DNA of 64,000 nucleotides from a candidate division WOR-3 bacterium (GCA_965648905.1 CBFGIT010000006.1:63598-127597), one strand, 5' to 3'; counted from the first letter of the stretch, positions 1 through 9,996 are shown. The notes: generated by a model not told the origin, from the sequence alone. Translations and numbers: made by a program.

Positions 1-527
1 CCGCTGTCGCCGGTAATCAGCACTGTTGCCGAGGTCGCCGCCGCCTTGGAAATTGCGGTGAAGACCCGCTGCATCGCTTCCGATTCACCGAGCAGGCCAT
101 GATGTGCCGGCGCGCCGACCGGAGGCCGTTCCTGAGAGGCAAGCCTGACCTTCAGCTTCTTCAGCGCGCGCTGCACCGCCGCCAGGAGCTCCTCCTCGGT
201 GAACGGCTTGGCCAGATACTCCTCGGCCCCGGACTTGACCGCCTGAACCGCACCTTCCACGGTTGCGTAACCGGTAATCATCATCACTTCAGTGTCACGC
301 AGGTTCTCCCGGACGTGGCGCACCAGGTCGAGACCGTTCACGCCCGGCATTTTCAGGTCGGTAATCACCAGGTCGATGTGAGTGTCGGCCAGGACCTTGA
401 GCGCCTCGGCAACACCCGGTGCGGTCAGGACAGCATAGCCGTGCGCGGTCAGATTACGTTCGAGCAGCTCCAGCATCGTCGGCGAGTCGTCAACGACCAG
501 GATTCTCGTCTGCCCGTCATCTGGCAT
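1..527 (-). CDS. NtrC-family sigma-54 response regulator, N-terminal part (gene runs off the window start)
   Basis: Manual translation from ATG 527: MPDDGQTRILVVDDSPTMLELL (receiver) ... GLLGESEAMQRVFTAISKAAATSATVLITGDSG (start of the AAA+ domain). Overlaps the kinase stop. Confidence 0.88.
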   Translation of the reverse strand, partial: MPDDGQTRILVVDDSPTMLELLERNLTAHGYAVLTAPGVAEALKVLADTHIDLVITDLKMPGVNGLDLVRHVRENLRDTEVMMITGYATVEGAVQAVKSGAEEYLAKPFTEEELLAAVQRALKKLKVRLASQERPPVGAPAHHGLLGESEAMQRVFTAISKAAATSATVLITGDS

Positions 528-2247
528 CGCTCTGCTCCCGTCTTGAGGCCGTCACCGGCAGCAGCACGCGGAAGACCGAGCCTTTGCCCGGTTCGCTGCT
601 TACCTCGATGCGACCGGCGTGGCCGGTAACGATGCCGTGGACGACCGGCAGCCCGAGACCGGTACCTTCGCCCACGCCCTTGGTTGTGAAGAATGGCACG
701 AATATCTGACGCTTGATGTCCTCACTCATGCCGATGCCGGTATCCTCAACCGCCAGGACAACATAGCCGTCCTCGTGGGTCGTACGGATCGTCAGCCTGC
801 CGCCGCGCGGCATCGCCTGGATGGCGTTGACGACCAGATTGATTAGCACCTGGTGCAACTGCCCCGGGTCGGCAACGATGTCGGGCAGGTCGTTACCGTA
901 GACGCGGACCAGCTCGACGTCCGACTTGGCGCACCGCGCGCTCAGGAAGTACAGCCCGTCCTGAATCAGCTCGTTCAGTGCGACCCGGGTCTTGGTTGGC
1001 GGCTTTTGGCGGGCGAAAAGCATCAACTTCGACACGACCTCACGGGCGTGGAGCGCGGCGTCGACGATCTTCTGCACGTCGCGCGCCGCGGAATCAGGCA
1101 GCCCTGGCGTCTTCTGCACCAACTGGCCAAAACCGAGGATACTGCCCAGCGGTTCGTTCAGCTCGTGTGCCACACCTGCGGCCAGTTGTCCGATGGTCGC
1201 GAGCCGGTCCGCGTGGCGCAGTTGCGCCTCGAGCCCGACCCGCTCCTCTTCAGCCTGCTGGTGTTCAAGCATCAAGGCGACCTGCTTTGCCACCGCGTCA
1301 ATCAGACTCCGCTCCTCATTCAGAAACGGCCCCTGGTCCAGGTCCGGCATGGTCTGCGAATAACACACTTCCACCACGCCGCGCTGCTGACCCCGGACAA
1401 CCACCGGGGCCGACTGCACGTGTGGACCGCCGAAATCGCCGGCGGTGAATACCGCGCCGTCAACGATAATCCGCGCCGATGCCAGATGCGGATAGAGCCA
1501 CGCCGGCGGCAGCAGTGCAACAACGCCCTGCAGGCGTTGGGCGAGCGTTGCGCCGGTCTGCTCAAGCACCCGGTCAATGCCATAGAGGCACGTCAGTTCC
1601 TTCATGCGCTCACGGAGTGCCGCCTGGGCCCGGCGATCGGCCAGGGCAACGCCAATCGTCTGTGCCACCCCTTCGTAGAAGCTGATGTCATAACGGCGGA
1701 AGACCGCGGGCTCGCGGTCCCAGAACAGCACCAGCCCGTGACTGTCCTCGCTCACCGCAAAACGGATGATGGCGAGCGAGCGGTGCGACGCGTCAATGTT
1801 CACCTCAACCCATCCCCCGGGCGAGGACAGTGAGATTGACTTTGACGTATCGTCGGTCCAGAAGCTGCCGTTGGCGGTGAAGTGAGCCGACGACCGGTCC
1901 ACCTCCCCGAACATGACGCGCTGACACAGCAGCGTGAGTCCCGGCGTATCTCCGGCACAGGCGGCCGACTCAGGCTCGACCCCAGATTTCCTTGTTCTCA
2001 TGCTGAATCGATAAGAGTTCCGGTCACCACTATGGAGCACGCCGCAGAAGAACCGCCGGCCGTCATTGACTCTGATTTCGACCTGATCAACCTCCGAGAA
2101 CTCGACCAGCAGCCTGAGCACTTCGCGGACGAACTCGATCCGAGGTACCCCCTGATTTGCCGAACGGAGGATCTCCCGAGTCAGACCACTGAACTCCTCG
2201 GCAAGCTGGTGGGAGTAGTCAGGACCATCACTCGAGTCAGGCTTCAT
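517..2247 (-). CDS. Sensor histidine kinase with GAF-like input domains
   Basis: H-box AGVAHELNEPLG, N-box NLVVNAIQAM, G1 DTGIG, F/G2 FFTTKGVGEGTGLGL; coupled to the response regulator. Confidence 0.92.
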   Translation of the reverse strand: MKPDSSDGPDYSHQLAEEFSGLTREILRSANQGVPRIEFVREVLRLLVEFSEVDQVEIRVNDGRRFFCGVLHSGDRNSYRFSMRTRKSGVEPESAACAGDTPGLTLLCQRVMFGEVDRSSAHFTANGSFWTDDTSKSISLSSPGGWVEVNIDASHRSLAIIRFAVSEDSHGLVLFWDREPAVFRRYDISFYEGVAQTIGVALADRRAQAALRERMKELTCLYGIDRVLEQTGATLAQRLQGVVALLPPAWLYPHLASARIIVDGAVFTAGDFGGPHVQSAPVVVRGQQRGVVEVCYSQTMPDLDQGPFLNEERSLIDAVAKQVALMLEHQQAEEERVGLEAQLRHADRLATIGQLAAGVAHELNEPLGSILGFGQLVQKTPGLPDSAARDVQKIVDAALHAREVVSKLMLFARQKPPTKTRVALNELIQDGLYFLSARCAKSDVELVRVYGNDLPDIVADPGQLHQVLINLVVNAIQAMPRGGRLTIRTTHEDGYVVLAVEDTGIGMSEDIKRQIFVPFFTTKGVGEGTGLGLPVVHGIVTGHAGRIEVSSEPGKGSVFRVLLPVTASRREQSDAR

Positions 2248-2470
2248 CCTGTTCCCTCGGTCGCACTCGAATTGACCAATGCGGGTCTGTTGCCCGCATG
2301 AAACTGCGGCAGTCGGCCGCGGCGGTCGTAGCAGAACGTTCCAACTCTGGTCTTGCCCGGATAATTCTTGACTCTCTGGTTAGTGCTGTCACGGCGGGTC
2401 CGAGCGCCGCACAAGATTATAGTCCTGAGCCAACCAGGGTCAACTGCTGCGAGCTAGTCCTGGCCCAAAG

Positions 2471-2830
2471 ACTAGTTTACATATACTGTAACCCATCAGC
2501 TACCGATGTATCAGACTAACCATTTGGTATGCTGCGACTTAGTTCGATACCACATTTCCGGTGGGGACAGTCCCCCCTGCCACTTGCAACGCGGCTTTGC
2601 TCGTCGCCATGAGAGTGGCTTGACCGGTCTTGGGCGGCGCTGCTCTGGCTGACGCCGGCTCTGGTGCTCTCCTTGCCGAGATATCTGTCGCTCTGTCTGT
2701 CGCTCTGTTCCTGGCTCGGCTCCTGGCCGGCTGAGCCGAACCGACCTGCGCTCGGACCGAAACTCTGGCCGTGATTCCGACCGTGGCTCTGACCGTGATT
2801 GGCACCGCTGCTTGCCTTGGGTCAGGTCCG
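2471..2830. repeat. Dispersed periodic element family A, copy 1 (terminal palindrome + IHF-like dyad + 12-bp periodic array)
   Basis: Aligns nearly without gaps to 35900-36345 and 42372-42830. Starts actagtttacatatactgtaaccc; dyad at 2517-2541; minus-strand 12-mers of type GNCAGAGCSACG. Confidence 0.85.
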
Positions 2831-2928
2831 GTTGTTCGAGGCATTACGCTTGACATGGTCTGGCTCCGGGTTATATTTGCCGCTGTATGCTGGCAGAGGC
2901 TGCTAACCGACGGACTGGAGACTAGAGA

Positions 2929-3141
2929 GTGGCCAGAACCAAGGTCGTGAAGAAGAGCGGCAACGGTGCGAACGTCGGGCCTCTGCTGAGACTGCGAATC
3001 GCAAACCGGATGCAATCCTGTACCCTGGCCGCCATCCGCGACGCGCTGTTGCCGAAGCTGATGAGCGGGGAAATCGAAGTCGGACAGGCAAGGGCGTCGG
3101 ACAAGTCAGACCAGTCGGACAAGGATAGCCGGAATGGGTGA
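2929..3141 (+). pseudogene. Collapsed type I R-M remnant: HsdM-like N-terminus fused to HsdS C-terminus
   Basis: VARTKVVKKSGNGANVG resembles HsdM starts (..NGANLGFE..). PLLRLRIANRMQSCTLAAIRDALLPKLMSGEIEV is the typical HsdS C-terminal LRDxLLPKLMSGEI motif. Promoter TTGACA-16-TATATT lies upstream. Confidence 0.7.
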
Positions 3142-3702
3142 GCTGATTCCGAAGCACGGCGGGTATCGGAAACTGAGGAGCTTTCAGGTTGCTCAGCAGG
3201 TCTACGACCTGACAGTGGAGTTCTGCGACCGGTTCATCGAGAAGCGGTCGCGCACGCACGACCAGATGGTGCAGGCGGCCCGAAGCGGCGTGCAGAACAT
3301 CGCCGAGGGCAGTATGGCTTCGGCTACCTCGAAGAAGACCGAGCTGAAGCTGACCGGCGTGGCACGCGCAAGCCTGGAGGAGCTGCTGTTGGACGTGGAG
3401 GACTTCCTGCGCCAGCGCGGGCTGAAGCAGTGGCGCAAGGACGACCCGAGAGCGCTGGAGGTGAGAAGGCGCTACCGGTCGGACAAGTCAGACCAGTCGG
3501 ACAGGTCAGACGCGTCGGACCGGTCAGACATGTCGGACCCGGAAACCGCGGCCAACACGCTCGTCTGCCTCATCAACCAGGCGAGCTACCTGCTCGGCAG
3601 GCAACTGGAGAAGCTGGAGCAGCAGTTTCTGGAGGAGGGCGGGTTCACGGAGAGGCTGTACAGGAGTCGGACGAGTAGGACGCGTCGGACAGGCCGGACA
3701 GA
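3080..3702 (+). repeat. Nonamer (TCRGACNNG) tandem tracts upstream of, inside and at the end of the four-helix-bundle gene
   Basis: 3 units at 3097-3123, 7 units at 3479-3541, 4 units at 3667-3702. The 26 nt at 3096-3121 and 3478-3503 are identical. Confidence 0.9.
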
Positions 3703-3709
3703 TGCCTGA
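3134..3709 (+). CDS. Four-helix-bundle protein with suffix domain (23S-IVS protein / Avd-like fold family)
   Basis: GGYRKLRSFQ..YDLTVEFC, RTHDQMVQAARSGVQNIAEGS, ARASLEELLLD, and suffix ANTLVCLINQASYLL..QL..LE..FLEEGGFTERLY; internal SDx repeat. Confidence 0.88.
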   Translation: MGELIPKHGGYRKLRSFQVAQQVYDLTVEFCDRFIEKRSRTHDQMVQAARSGVQNIAEGSMASATSKKTELKLTGVARASLEELLLDVEDFLRQRGLKQWRKDDPRALEVRRRYRSDKSDQSDRSDASDRSDMSDPETAANTLVCLINQASYLLGRQLEKLEQQFLEEGGFTERLYRSRTSRTRRTGRTDA

Positions 3710-3890
3710 GCGGTTCAGCGAATCCACTGTCGAAGACGCGGCCCTGGTTTGGCTGGCAGAGCTAGGCTGGGTAGTCAAGCACGGGCCGGGCATATCGCCT
3801 GACGGCGATACCCTCACTCTGTTCGTCTCCTCTTGGGAGAGGAACAGCTAATGCGAGGTCGTCCTGCTGGAGCGGCGGATGCCGCGGCCA
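3702..3890 (+). pseudogene. hsdR: HsdR (type I restriction subunit) N-terminal fragment
   Basis: MPERFSESTVEDAALVWLAELGWVVKHGPGISPDG...ERNS*CEVVLLERR matches the HsdR N-terminal pattern FxESxVExAALxWLxxLGxxVxHGPDIAP. In-frame TAA at 3849-3851; the rest of the gene is absent. Confidence 0.8.
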
Positions 3891-3906
3891 GACTGTTTTT
3901 CAGGCA

Positions 3907-6900
3907 CTAGCGCTGGAGCACGAGTTTCTGCGCGAGCGAGTGGCGGCCTGCGGTCAGACAGAGGGTGTAGACTCCGGCAGGAAGGTTGCGGAGGTCAAGA
4001 GGCAATGACGAAGTCCGAATGACGAATGACGAGTGCAGGACGAGCCGACCGGAGACATCGAACAGGGAGAGGACAGGATTTGAGGCGTCGAGGATTCGAG
4101 GGTTCAAGTGAATGGTCGCAAAGCCGGGGCGCAGCGGGTTGGGCGAGATGCGCATGAGGCTGGACGCATCAGGCATCATGTCGGCCTGGGTACCTTCTCT
4201 GGCGTCCAGCGCAGGTCGTGACGTGTGAGGCGTCGTTCCTGGCGTGTAGCGCCAGAACTCCAAGGTCTTGTTGCCTTTGAGCGCGAACAGGCAGTCGTGG
4301 GTTCCGACGATGTCTGCCCCGGCCTTGACCTTCTTCGACTTGCCTGAGCTGCCGAGAAGCGGCATCGGCTCAAGTTCGGTCCAGGAGTCCAGTTCCGGGT
4401 CATAGCGCCAGAACTCTTGGGTATTCCCGCCTTTGAGGGCATAGACGTAGCGGTCGAGCACTGCGGCACTGCCGCCGTCTTTGGACTTCTTCTTCTTGCC
4501 GGAGGCGCCGATGAACGGCATCCCGGTCAACTGGCGTGAGAACCAGGTGTCGGTTATCGGCTCGTAGGCGAACAGTTCATGGAAGTTGGCCTTGTGGCAG
4601 TAGATGATTCCGAACTCAGCCGGGACAACGCCAGCCGGCGCGTAGGTGAGCCACGAGCCTTTCGGGTACTTGTTCGTGCGCCTCAGGCCGAACGGTGCTT
4701 CGGGCATTGTGCGCCAGGAGTCGCGCTCGATGTCGTAGAGCCAGAACTCGTTCTTGTCGCCTTTGAGCAGATACAGCCGGTCCGGGTACTCGCCGAGGTC
4801 GCTGACGTAGACCATGTCGGTCCCGCCTTTGACCTTCTTGTTGCTCATGCCGAGCGGGATATCGGCCATCTGGTGCCAGGAGTCCTGACTCGGAGAGTAG
4901 CGCCAGAAGCCCTGGGTGTTGTTGCCTTTGACTGCATAGACGTAGTTGCCACCGGCTGCTCCGACCGCACCCTTGCCTGGTTTTCTGCCTTCACGACCGT
5001 CAGGAATCGAGGCGAGCGTGGTCCAGGAGTCGCGTTCGATGTCATAACGGTAGAAGTCCTGAGTCTTGTTGCCTTTGGCTGCGTAGATGTAGCTGCCAGC
5101 ACAGGCAAGCCAACCACCGTCTTTTACCTGCTTGGACGAAGGCAACAAAGGTATCGAGGTCTTTTCGAGCCAGCCAGGTGCGTTGCCAGCACTGACCGTG
5201 AAAACGTTGCGAGCTGAGTCGTTTGCCGGCACAAGGTCGTGGTCCAGCGCGGTCCAGGCAAGGGTAGTGTAGTTGCCAGCCGGACCAGCAGTCCAAGACC
5301 GGGTGAAGGAATGGTCGCGCGTTTCCCCTGGGTTCAGTGCTACGTCGGTCTCGGTCGTGTCAAAGACAACGGTCGTGCCGGTGATGACCAGCCGAACCGG
5401 AAACAGCACCGGAACCGAGCCAGAGTTGCGGAGCCGAACCTGCGGGGTCACGACCGTGCCTGCGCCAATTGTACCTGCAGGTGCGATGATTGTGCTGAGT
5501 TCCACGTCCAGGACCCTAACCTCAACTTGGCCTATAGACCGGTCGTTGTTCGGCCGTGAGTCAATCGCCAGTTCGGTAGAACACGAAACCGCATAGGTTC
5601 CGCGTGCACCGGCAGTCCATGCCGGGAAGGTGACGTGTAGATGCGTTCCTGGCGCATGATTCACCACTGAGGCGGTCTGGTCATAGCCTGAGCCGACCTT
5701 CATGCGCACCGCGTAGGATTCAGGCATGTTGCCGTAGTTGTACACGGTGCACGCAGGCACGACCAATGTGCCGGAATCGACCTGGCCTAGCGGCGCAATG
5801 ACTTGGGTGCAGCCCACGTCGTGCTGGGGTGGTCGCAGTACAGTTACTGATCCTGACTGGCGGTTATTCGCCTGAACCAGGTCACCGGTGAGTTCGGTCG
5901 AACAGGAAACCATATGGGTCCCAAGCTGAGTCACGGCCCAGTCCGGGAATGTGACGCGGATCGTCGTGCCTGGTGCATGGCCGGAGACCGTGGCGGTCTG
6001 GTTGTAGAACGCGCCGACCTTCATGCGTACCTGATAACTCTCGGTAGTCGAACCCGGATTTGCTACTGAGCATGTCGGCGTCACGGTCATGCCTGAATCA
6101 ACTATGCCTGAAGGTGAAAGCAGGCGCTGGCAGGCAACATCGCGCACGCGTACGGTCACATTGCCGGTGGCGAGGTTGTTCACCGGTACCATATCACCGG
6201 TGAGCATTGTGGTGCAGCGCGTGGCGAGCGTGCCGCGCGGCCCTGCGGCCCAGTTAGTGAACGTGACCGTGGTCGAGGCCCCGGATGCGAGATTGGTCAC
6301 GGTCTGGGTGTTCGAGTATCCGCCCTGGATATCGAAGCGGACGTTGAAGGTTGCTGGGGCGGTGCCATTGTTGCGCACATTGGCCTGCGGTGCGATAGTA
6401 GCTCCTGAGTCAACCGTGCCGGTTGGAGCGATAATGGACAGAGTCTGCGCGTCGAGCACCCGGACCGTGACCGAACCTGAGGCTTTGTCATTGGCTGGCG
6501 TCACGTCGGACGAAAGCTCGGTCGAACAGGTCACGGAGAACGTGCCCCGGGGCCAGGTCGAGTAAGCCGGAAACGTGACGTGGAGCTTCGCGCCCGGCGC
6601 GTGGTTTGTCACCGATGCGGTCTGGTTGTAGAAGCCACCGACTTTGCAGCGGACGTTGTACGACTCAGTGCTCGTGCCATAGTTGTAGACCGTGCAGGCC
6701 GGAGTAACCGATGCGCCGGAGTCGATTGTGCCAGTAGGTGCGACTACTACGGTCGCGCCGACATCGCGGACCGGAGCGACCACAATCACATCCTCAAGCG
6801 GGCCTTTGTCATTCCAGCCCCAGGCGACGTTGCGGCCGCGCGCGCGGTAGAAGTACGTTCCCGCCGCCTTGCCGGTGAAGCTGTACATGGTGTCGGTGAT

Positions 6901-8712
6901 ATTCGAGGAAATGGTCGTGCGGCCGGAGAAGCTCGGGACCGGCCAGACGTCGTCGATGTAGACGCCGGTGCCCAAGGTGTTGTCGTCGGTCATGTAGCGG
7001 AACCGGATGAACACCGACTTGCCGACCCATGGGGAGAGCGAGTACGCCCGGCGCACCCAGCCATTCGAATTGCCCGTGAACCGGTCGTGGAGCTGAACCC
7101 ATTCCTTGCCCTCAAGCGACACCTCGGTCGTGACCACGTCGTAGTTGGTCTCGGTGTTGTACCATATCCAGTAGCGCAGGCTGTCGCCGGGCTGGACCGG
7201 GTACGGGTCTTTGGTGACGATGTAGTTCGCGACGTTGTTGCCGTTGCGGAGCTGGAAGCTATAGCTGCCTGAATGGCGCTGGGCCGTGGCGAGCACCGCG
7301 CCCATCGTGTCCCACCTTGTGAACCCGGACTCAAAGCTGTCAAGGATGACCGACAGCCCGGTCAGCTCTTCGAGTTCCCAGCGGTCCGGATGGTTGTGCT
7401 CGGGACGAGTCGGGGTCCAGTGCAGGGTGAAGTTGGGGCCGACCGTGTCCATCGGCGCGAGGATGGGCCGCGGCACTCTGCCTTCAAGCGTGGCGATGAT
7501 TGAGTCGGAGCGGAGCATCTGGTACCACGCGCCCTTGAAGTTCTGAGTCTGAATGTGGTCGAGCTGGCTGGTGTTCTGGTAGAACGCGGTGCCGACCTCG
7601 ACCGTGTACGACATGCACGGAAACCCGCCGATGTAGTGGGCCCAGCCATACATCCAGTCGTCTGAGCCGCAGTTGGTCGGGTAGAGATAGTTCGACTGCT
7701 GGGGCGTGTAGTACCCGCCACCGAGGCGCTGAATCTGGGCCGCCATGCCCTGGCCCAGGTTGCGCAGGTAGACCGAGTCAGGGGTCAGCTCGCCGTGGCC
7801 ATAAGGCCAGAGCACCAGCTCGCTGTATGAGTGGTAGGAGATGACCGCCACGAACGTGCGCTGCTTGAAGAACTCGCTGAGGTGGTAGATTTCCTTGCCC
7901 CACCCGCCTGAGCCGCCGAAGAAGGTTTCGTTCGAGGGCAGGTGCGACGTCGAAGAACCGGACACAAGCGAACCCCAGTCGCCCATCCGGTTGCCGTTGC
8001 AGCAACCGTTGTAGTCACGGTTCGGGTCACAGCCATAGCTGCTGCCGAACGGCTGGCGGTCCTTGCGCCACGACCGCTGGGCCGGGTAATCATAGACGTA
8101 GCCGTCGACGTTGATGACCGGGAAGATCCATGTCTCATGGGTGTTGATGAAGTTCCGGAAGTCGACGTTGGACGAGTAGTTGCGTGCCAAGGTGTCGAGG
8201 ATGTGGCGGCACACCTGGGGCGTGGCCCACTCGCGGGCGTGATGCAAGCCGACGTAGAGCAGCTCAGGCTCATCCTCGTCCAGACCCGGGTTGTCGCTCA
8301 GCTTCACGCAGTAAATCCACCGGTTCTCGTGGGTCGTGCCGATGCTTTCCAGTCGGCAGATAGAAGAGTAGTTTGTACAGAACCAGCGCATCACCCGCAC
8401 CAGCGAGTCATAGGACTGGTAGTAGCCATCGAGCATCGCCTGCTCCGCAGCCTTATCCACGTCCGGCACCACGACCGTGTTCGCCAGGCCGCAGGCCAGC
8501 ACCCGGTCAAGGTCTTGCTCGTCCAGCATCAGGTCATATGACGTTCCTATGTCGGCGCCGGCAATCGTGATTGACGTGCCCTTGAAGTCAAGGTGCCGGC
8601 GCAGTTCTTCGTAGGAACGGGCCTGGACCCGGACGATGAGCTGGCGTGGTGCAGCCGAGACTGCGGCAGCGAACGCGGCAAAGACGAGGACAAGCAGAAA
8701 GGAATTCTTCAC
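3907..8712 (-). CDS. Secreted M14 (carboxypeptidase T-like) metallopeptidase with beta-sandwich domain, 5 CARDB-like Ig repeats, Kelch propeller and T9SS/FlgD-like CTD
   Basis: GGAGG then GTG 8712; signal peptide. HHAREW (HxxE), DPNRDY, SYHSYS, TVEVG. Five D-V-x-x-x-x-I/V-x-A/S-P-x-G..DSG repeats. YAAKGNKTQDFYRYD Kelch. C-terminus LPAGVYTLCLTAGRHSLAQKLVLQR. Confidence 0.9.
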   Translation of the reverse strand: MKNSFLLVLVFAAFAAAVSAAPRQLIVRVQARSYEELRRHLDFKGTSITIAGADIGTSYDLMLDEQDLDRVLACGLANTVVVPDVDKAAEQAMLDGYYQSYDSLVRVMRWFCTNYSSICRLESIGTTHENRWIYCVKLSDNPGLDEDEPELLYVGLHHAREWATPQVCRHILDTLARNYSSNVDFRNFINTHETWIFPVINVDGYVYDYPAQRSWRKDRQPFGSSYGCDPNRDYNGCCNGNRMGDWGSLVSGSSTSHLPSNETFFGGSGGWGKEIYHLSEFFKQRTFVAVISYHSYSELVLWPYGHGELTPDSVYLRNLGQGMAAQIQRLGGGYYTPQQSNYLYPTNCGSDDWMYGWAHYIGGFPCMSYTVEVGTAFYQNTSQLDHIQTQNFKGAWYQMLRSDSIIATLEGRVPRPILAPMDTVGPNFTLHWTPTRPEHNHPDRWELEELTGLSVILDSFESGFTRWDTMGAVLATAQRHSGSYSFQLRNGNNVANYIVTKDPYPVQPGDSLRYWIWYNTETNYDVVTTEVSLEGKEWVQLHDRFTGNSNGWVRRAYSLSPWVGKSVFIRFRYMTDDNTLGTGVYIDDVWPVPSFSGRTTISSNITDTMYSFTGKAAGTYFYRARGRNVAWGWNDKGPLEDVIVVAPVRDVGATVVVAPTGTIDSGASVTPACTVYNYGTSTESYNVRCKVGGFYNQTASVTNHAPGAKLHVTFPAYSTWPRGTFSVTCSTELSSDVTPANDKASGSVTVRVLDAQTLSIIAPTGTVDSGATIAPQANVRNNGTAPATFNVRFDIQGGYSNTQTVTNLASGASTTVTFTNWAAGPRGTLATRCTTMLTGDMVPVNNLATGNVTVRVRDVACQRLLSPSGIVDSGMTVTPTCSVANPGSTTESYQVRMKVGAFYNQTATVSGHAPGTTIRVTFPDWAVTQLGTHMVSCSTELTGDLVQANNRQSGSVTVLRPPQHDVGCTQVIAPLGQVDSGTLVVPACTVYNYGNMPESYAVRMKVGSGYDQTASVVNHAPGTHLHVTFPAWTAGARGTYAVSCSTELAIDSRPNNDRSIGQVEVRVLDVELSTIIAPAGTIGAGTVVTPQVRLRNSGSVPVLFPVRLVITGTTVVFDTTETDVALNPGETRDHSFTRSWTAGPAGNYTTLAWTALDHDLVPANDSARNVFTVSAGNAPGWLEKTSIPLLPSSKQVKDGGWLACAGSYIYAAKGNKTQDFYRYDIERDSWTTLASIPDGREGRKPGKGAVGAAGGNYVYAVKGNNTQGFWRYSPSQDSWHQMADIPLGMSNKKVKGGTDMVYVSDLGEYPDRLYLLKGDKNEFWLYDIERDSWRTMPEAPFGLRRTNKYPKGSWLTYAPAGVVPAEFGIIYCHKANFHELFAYEPITDTWFSRQLTGMPFIGASGKKKKSKDGGSAAVLDRYVYALKGGNTQEFWRYDPELDSWTELEPMPLLGSSGKSKKVKAGADIVGTHDCLFALKGNKTLEFWRYTPGTTPHTSRPALDAREGTQADMMPDASSLMRISPNPLRPGFATIHLNPRILDASNPVLSLFDVSGRLVLHSSFVIRTSSLPLDLRNLPAGVYTLCLTAGRHSLAQKLVLQR

Positions 8713-8901
8713 AGGGCCTCCTTGGGCAGTTATGTGTGACCGGTTCTGGACTCTCACTATCCAGCCAGTGCAACCAAGATTCTAGGTCGGGCCGGCTCAG
8801 CGGTCAACGACGGTAGCGCAGGCTGAGCCGGACAGGCCAGACGCCGGGCTTGGCAAAGGAGATGAGCCTGCTAACATCTGCTGTCGCAGCACAAGACCGT
8901 C

Positions 8902-9996
8902 ATGAACCAGCAGCCAGAATACTCAAAGACCTTTGATGCCCAGATACGCGACCTGTTCCAGCGTGCCTGGCAGCAGTCCCTGCTTGACCCGGGCCGCGCC
9001 CTGTTCTTTGCCCGAACCCTGCGCAGTCAGCGCCGCGCTGCTCGACGACGCAAGGACTGGGAGGCCAAAGGTGTGCATGTGCCGCCGCTGGTCATCGTCA
9101 GCGTCACCAACCGCTGCAACCTGAACTGCAGGGGCTGCTATGCCCATGCGCTGAGGACTGCGGCCGAAGGAGAACTGGAGCCGCAGAAGTTCCGCTCGGT
9201 GCTTGACGAGGCGCGTGAGCTCGGAGTGTCAATCATGCTCCTGGCCGGCGGTGAGCCGCTGCTGCGGCCCGAGGTCATTGACGTCACCAGGGACTTCCCG
9301 GAGATAGTCTTTCCGGTCTTCACCAACGGCACGCTGATTGACGACCGTTGGATTGAGCGGTTCAGGAAGCAGCGTAACATCATCGCGGTCGCAAGCATCG
9401 AAGGCGCGGAGGCCGAAACCGATGCCCGCCGTGGCGAAGGCATCTACGCCCGGCTCAAGTCGCTTGCCGGCCGCGTGCAGGGCACGGGTATCTTCTGGGG
9501 GTGCTCCCTGACCGTGACGCAGCAGAACTTCGCGGTGCTGACGCAGACCGAGTTCATCCGACGGCTCATCAAGGCCGGGTGCGGCGCGTTCTTCTTTGTC
9601 GAGTACGTGCCGGCCCGGGCCGGCACCGAGGAGTTGACCCTGCTCCCGGAGCAGAAGACCGAGCTTCTCTGCCGACTCGACCGGTTCCGCGCCGAACTGC
9701 CCGCGCTCTTCATCGGCTTTCCCGGTGACGAAGAGCAGTTCGGCGGCTGCCTGGCCGCGGGCCGAGGATTCGTGCACATCAGCGCATCGGGTCGGGTCGA
9801 AGCCTGCCCGTTCGCGCCTTTCTCCGACACAAGCATCAAGGACATGTCTTTCAGGGAAGCGCTCCGCTCCAGCCTGCTTGCGACCATCCGTGAAAACCAC
9901 GACCGACTCAAGGAGACCAGGGGCGGCTGTGCACTCTGGGCCGAACGCAAATGGGTCGCGGGCCTGCTTGCGCCCGACTCACCGGCCCACGACTGA
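8902..9996 (+). CDS. Radical SAM protein with SPASM/Twitch-like C-terminus
   Basis: CNLNCRGC motif, AGGEPLL, FTNGTL, GCLAAGRG..VEACPF. Confidence 0.9.
   Translation: MNQQPEYSKTFDAQIRDLFQRAWQQSLLDPGRALFFARTLRSQRRAARRRKDWEAKGVHVPPLVIVSVTNRCNLNCRGCYAHALRTAAEGELEPQKFRSVLDEARELGVSIMLLAGGEPLLRPEVIDVTRDFPEIVFPVFTNGTLIDDRWIERFRKQRNIIAVASIEGAEAETDARRGEGIYARLKSLAGRVQGTGIFWGCSLTVTQQNFAVLTQTEFIRRLIKAGCGAFFFVEYVPARAGTEELTLLPEQKTELLCRLDRFRAELPALFIGFPGDEEQFGGCLAAGRGFVHISASGRVEACPFAPFSDTSIKDMSFREALRSSLLATIRENHDRLKETRGGCALWAERKWVAGLLAPDSPAHD

Noticed and set aside
2539..3015. Protein-coding reading of the periodic elements (also 35955-36299, 42448-42852, 55448-55786, 63449-63754)
   Set aside because: No frame stays open in all family A copies, no good SD/start, low-complexity products; treated as non-coding, though not proven.
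3134..3709. Diversity-generating retroelement (Avd-like gene plus diverged repeats)
   Set aside because: No reverse transcriptase in the window, and differences among the repeat copies involve all bases rather than being adenine-specific.
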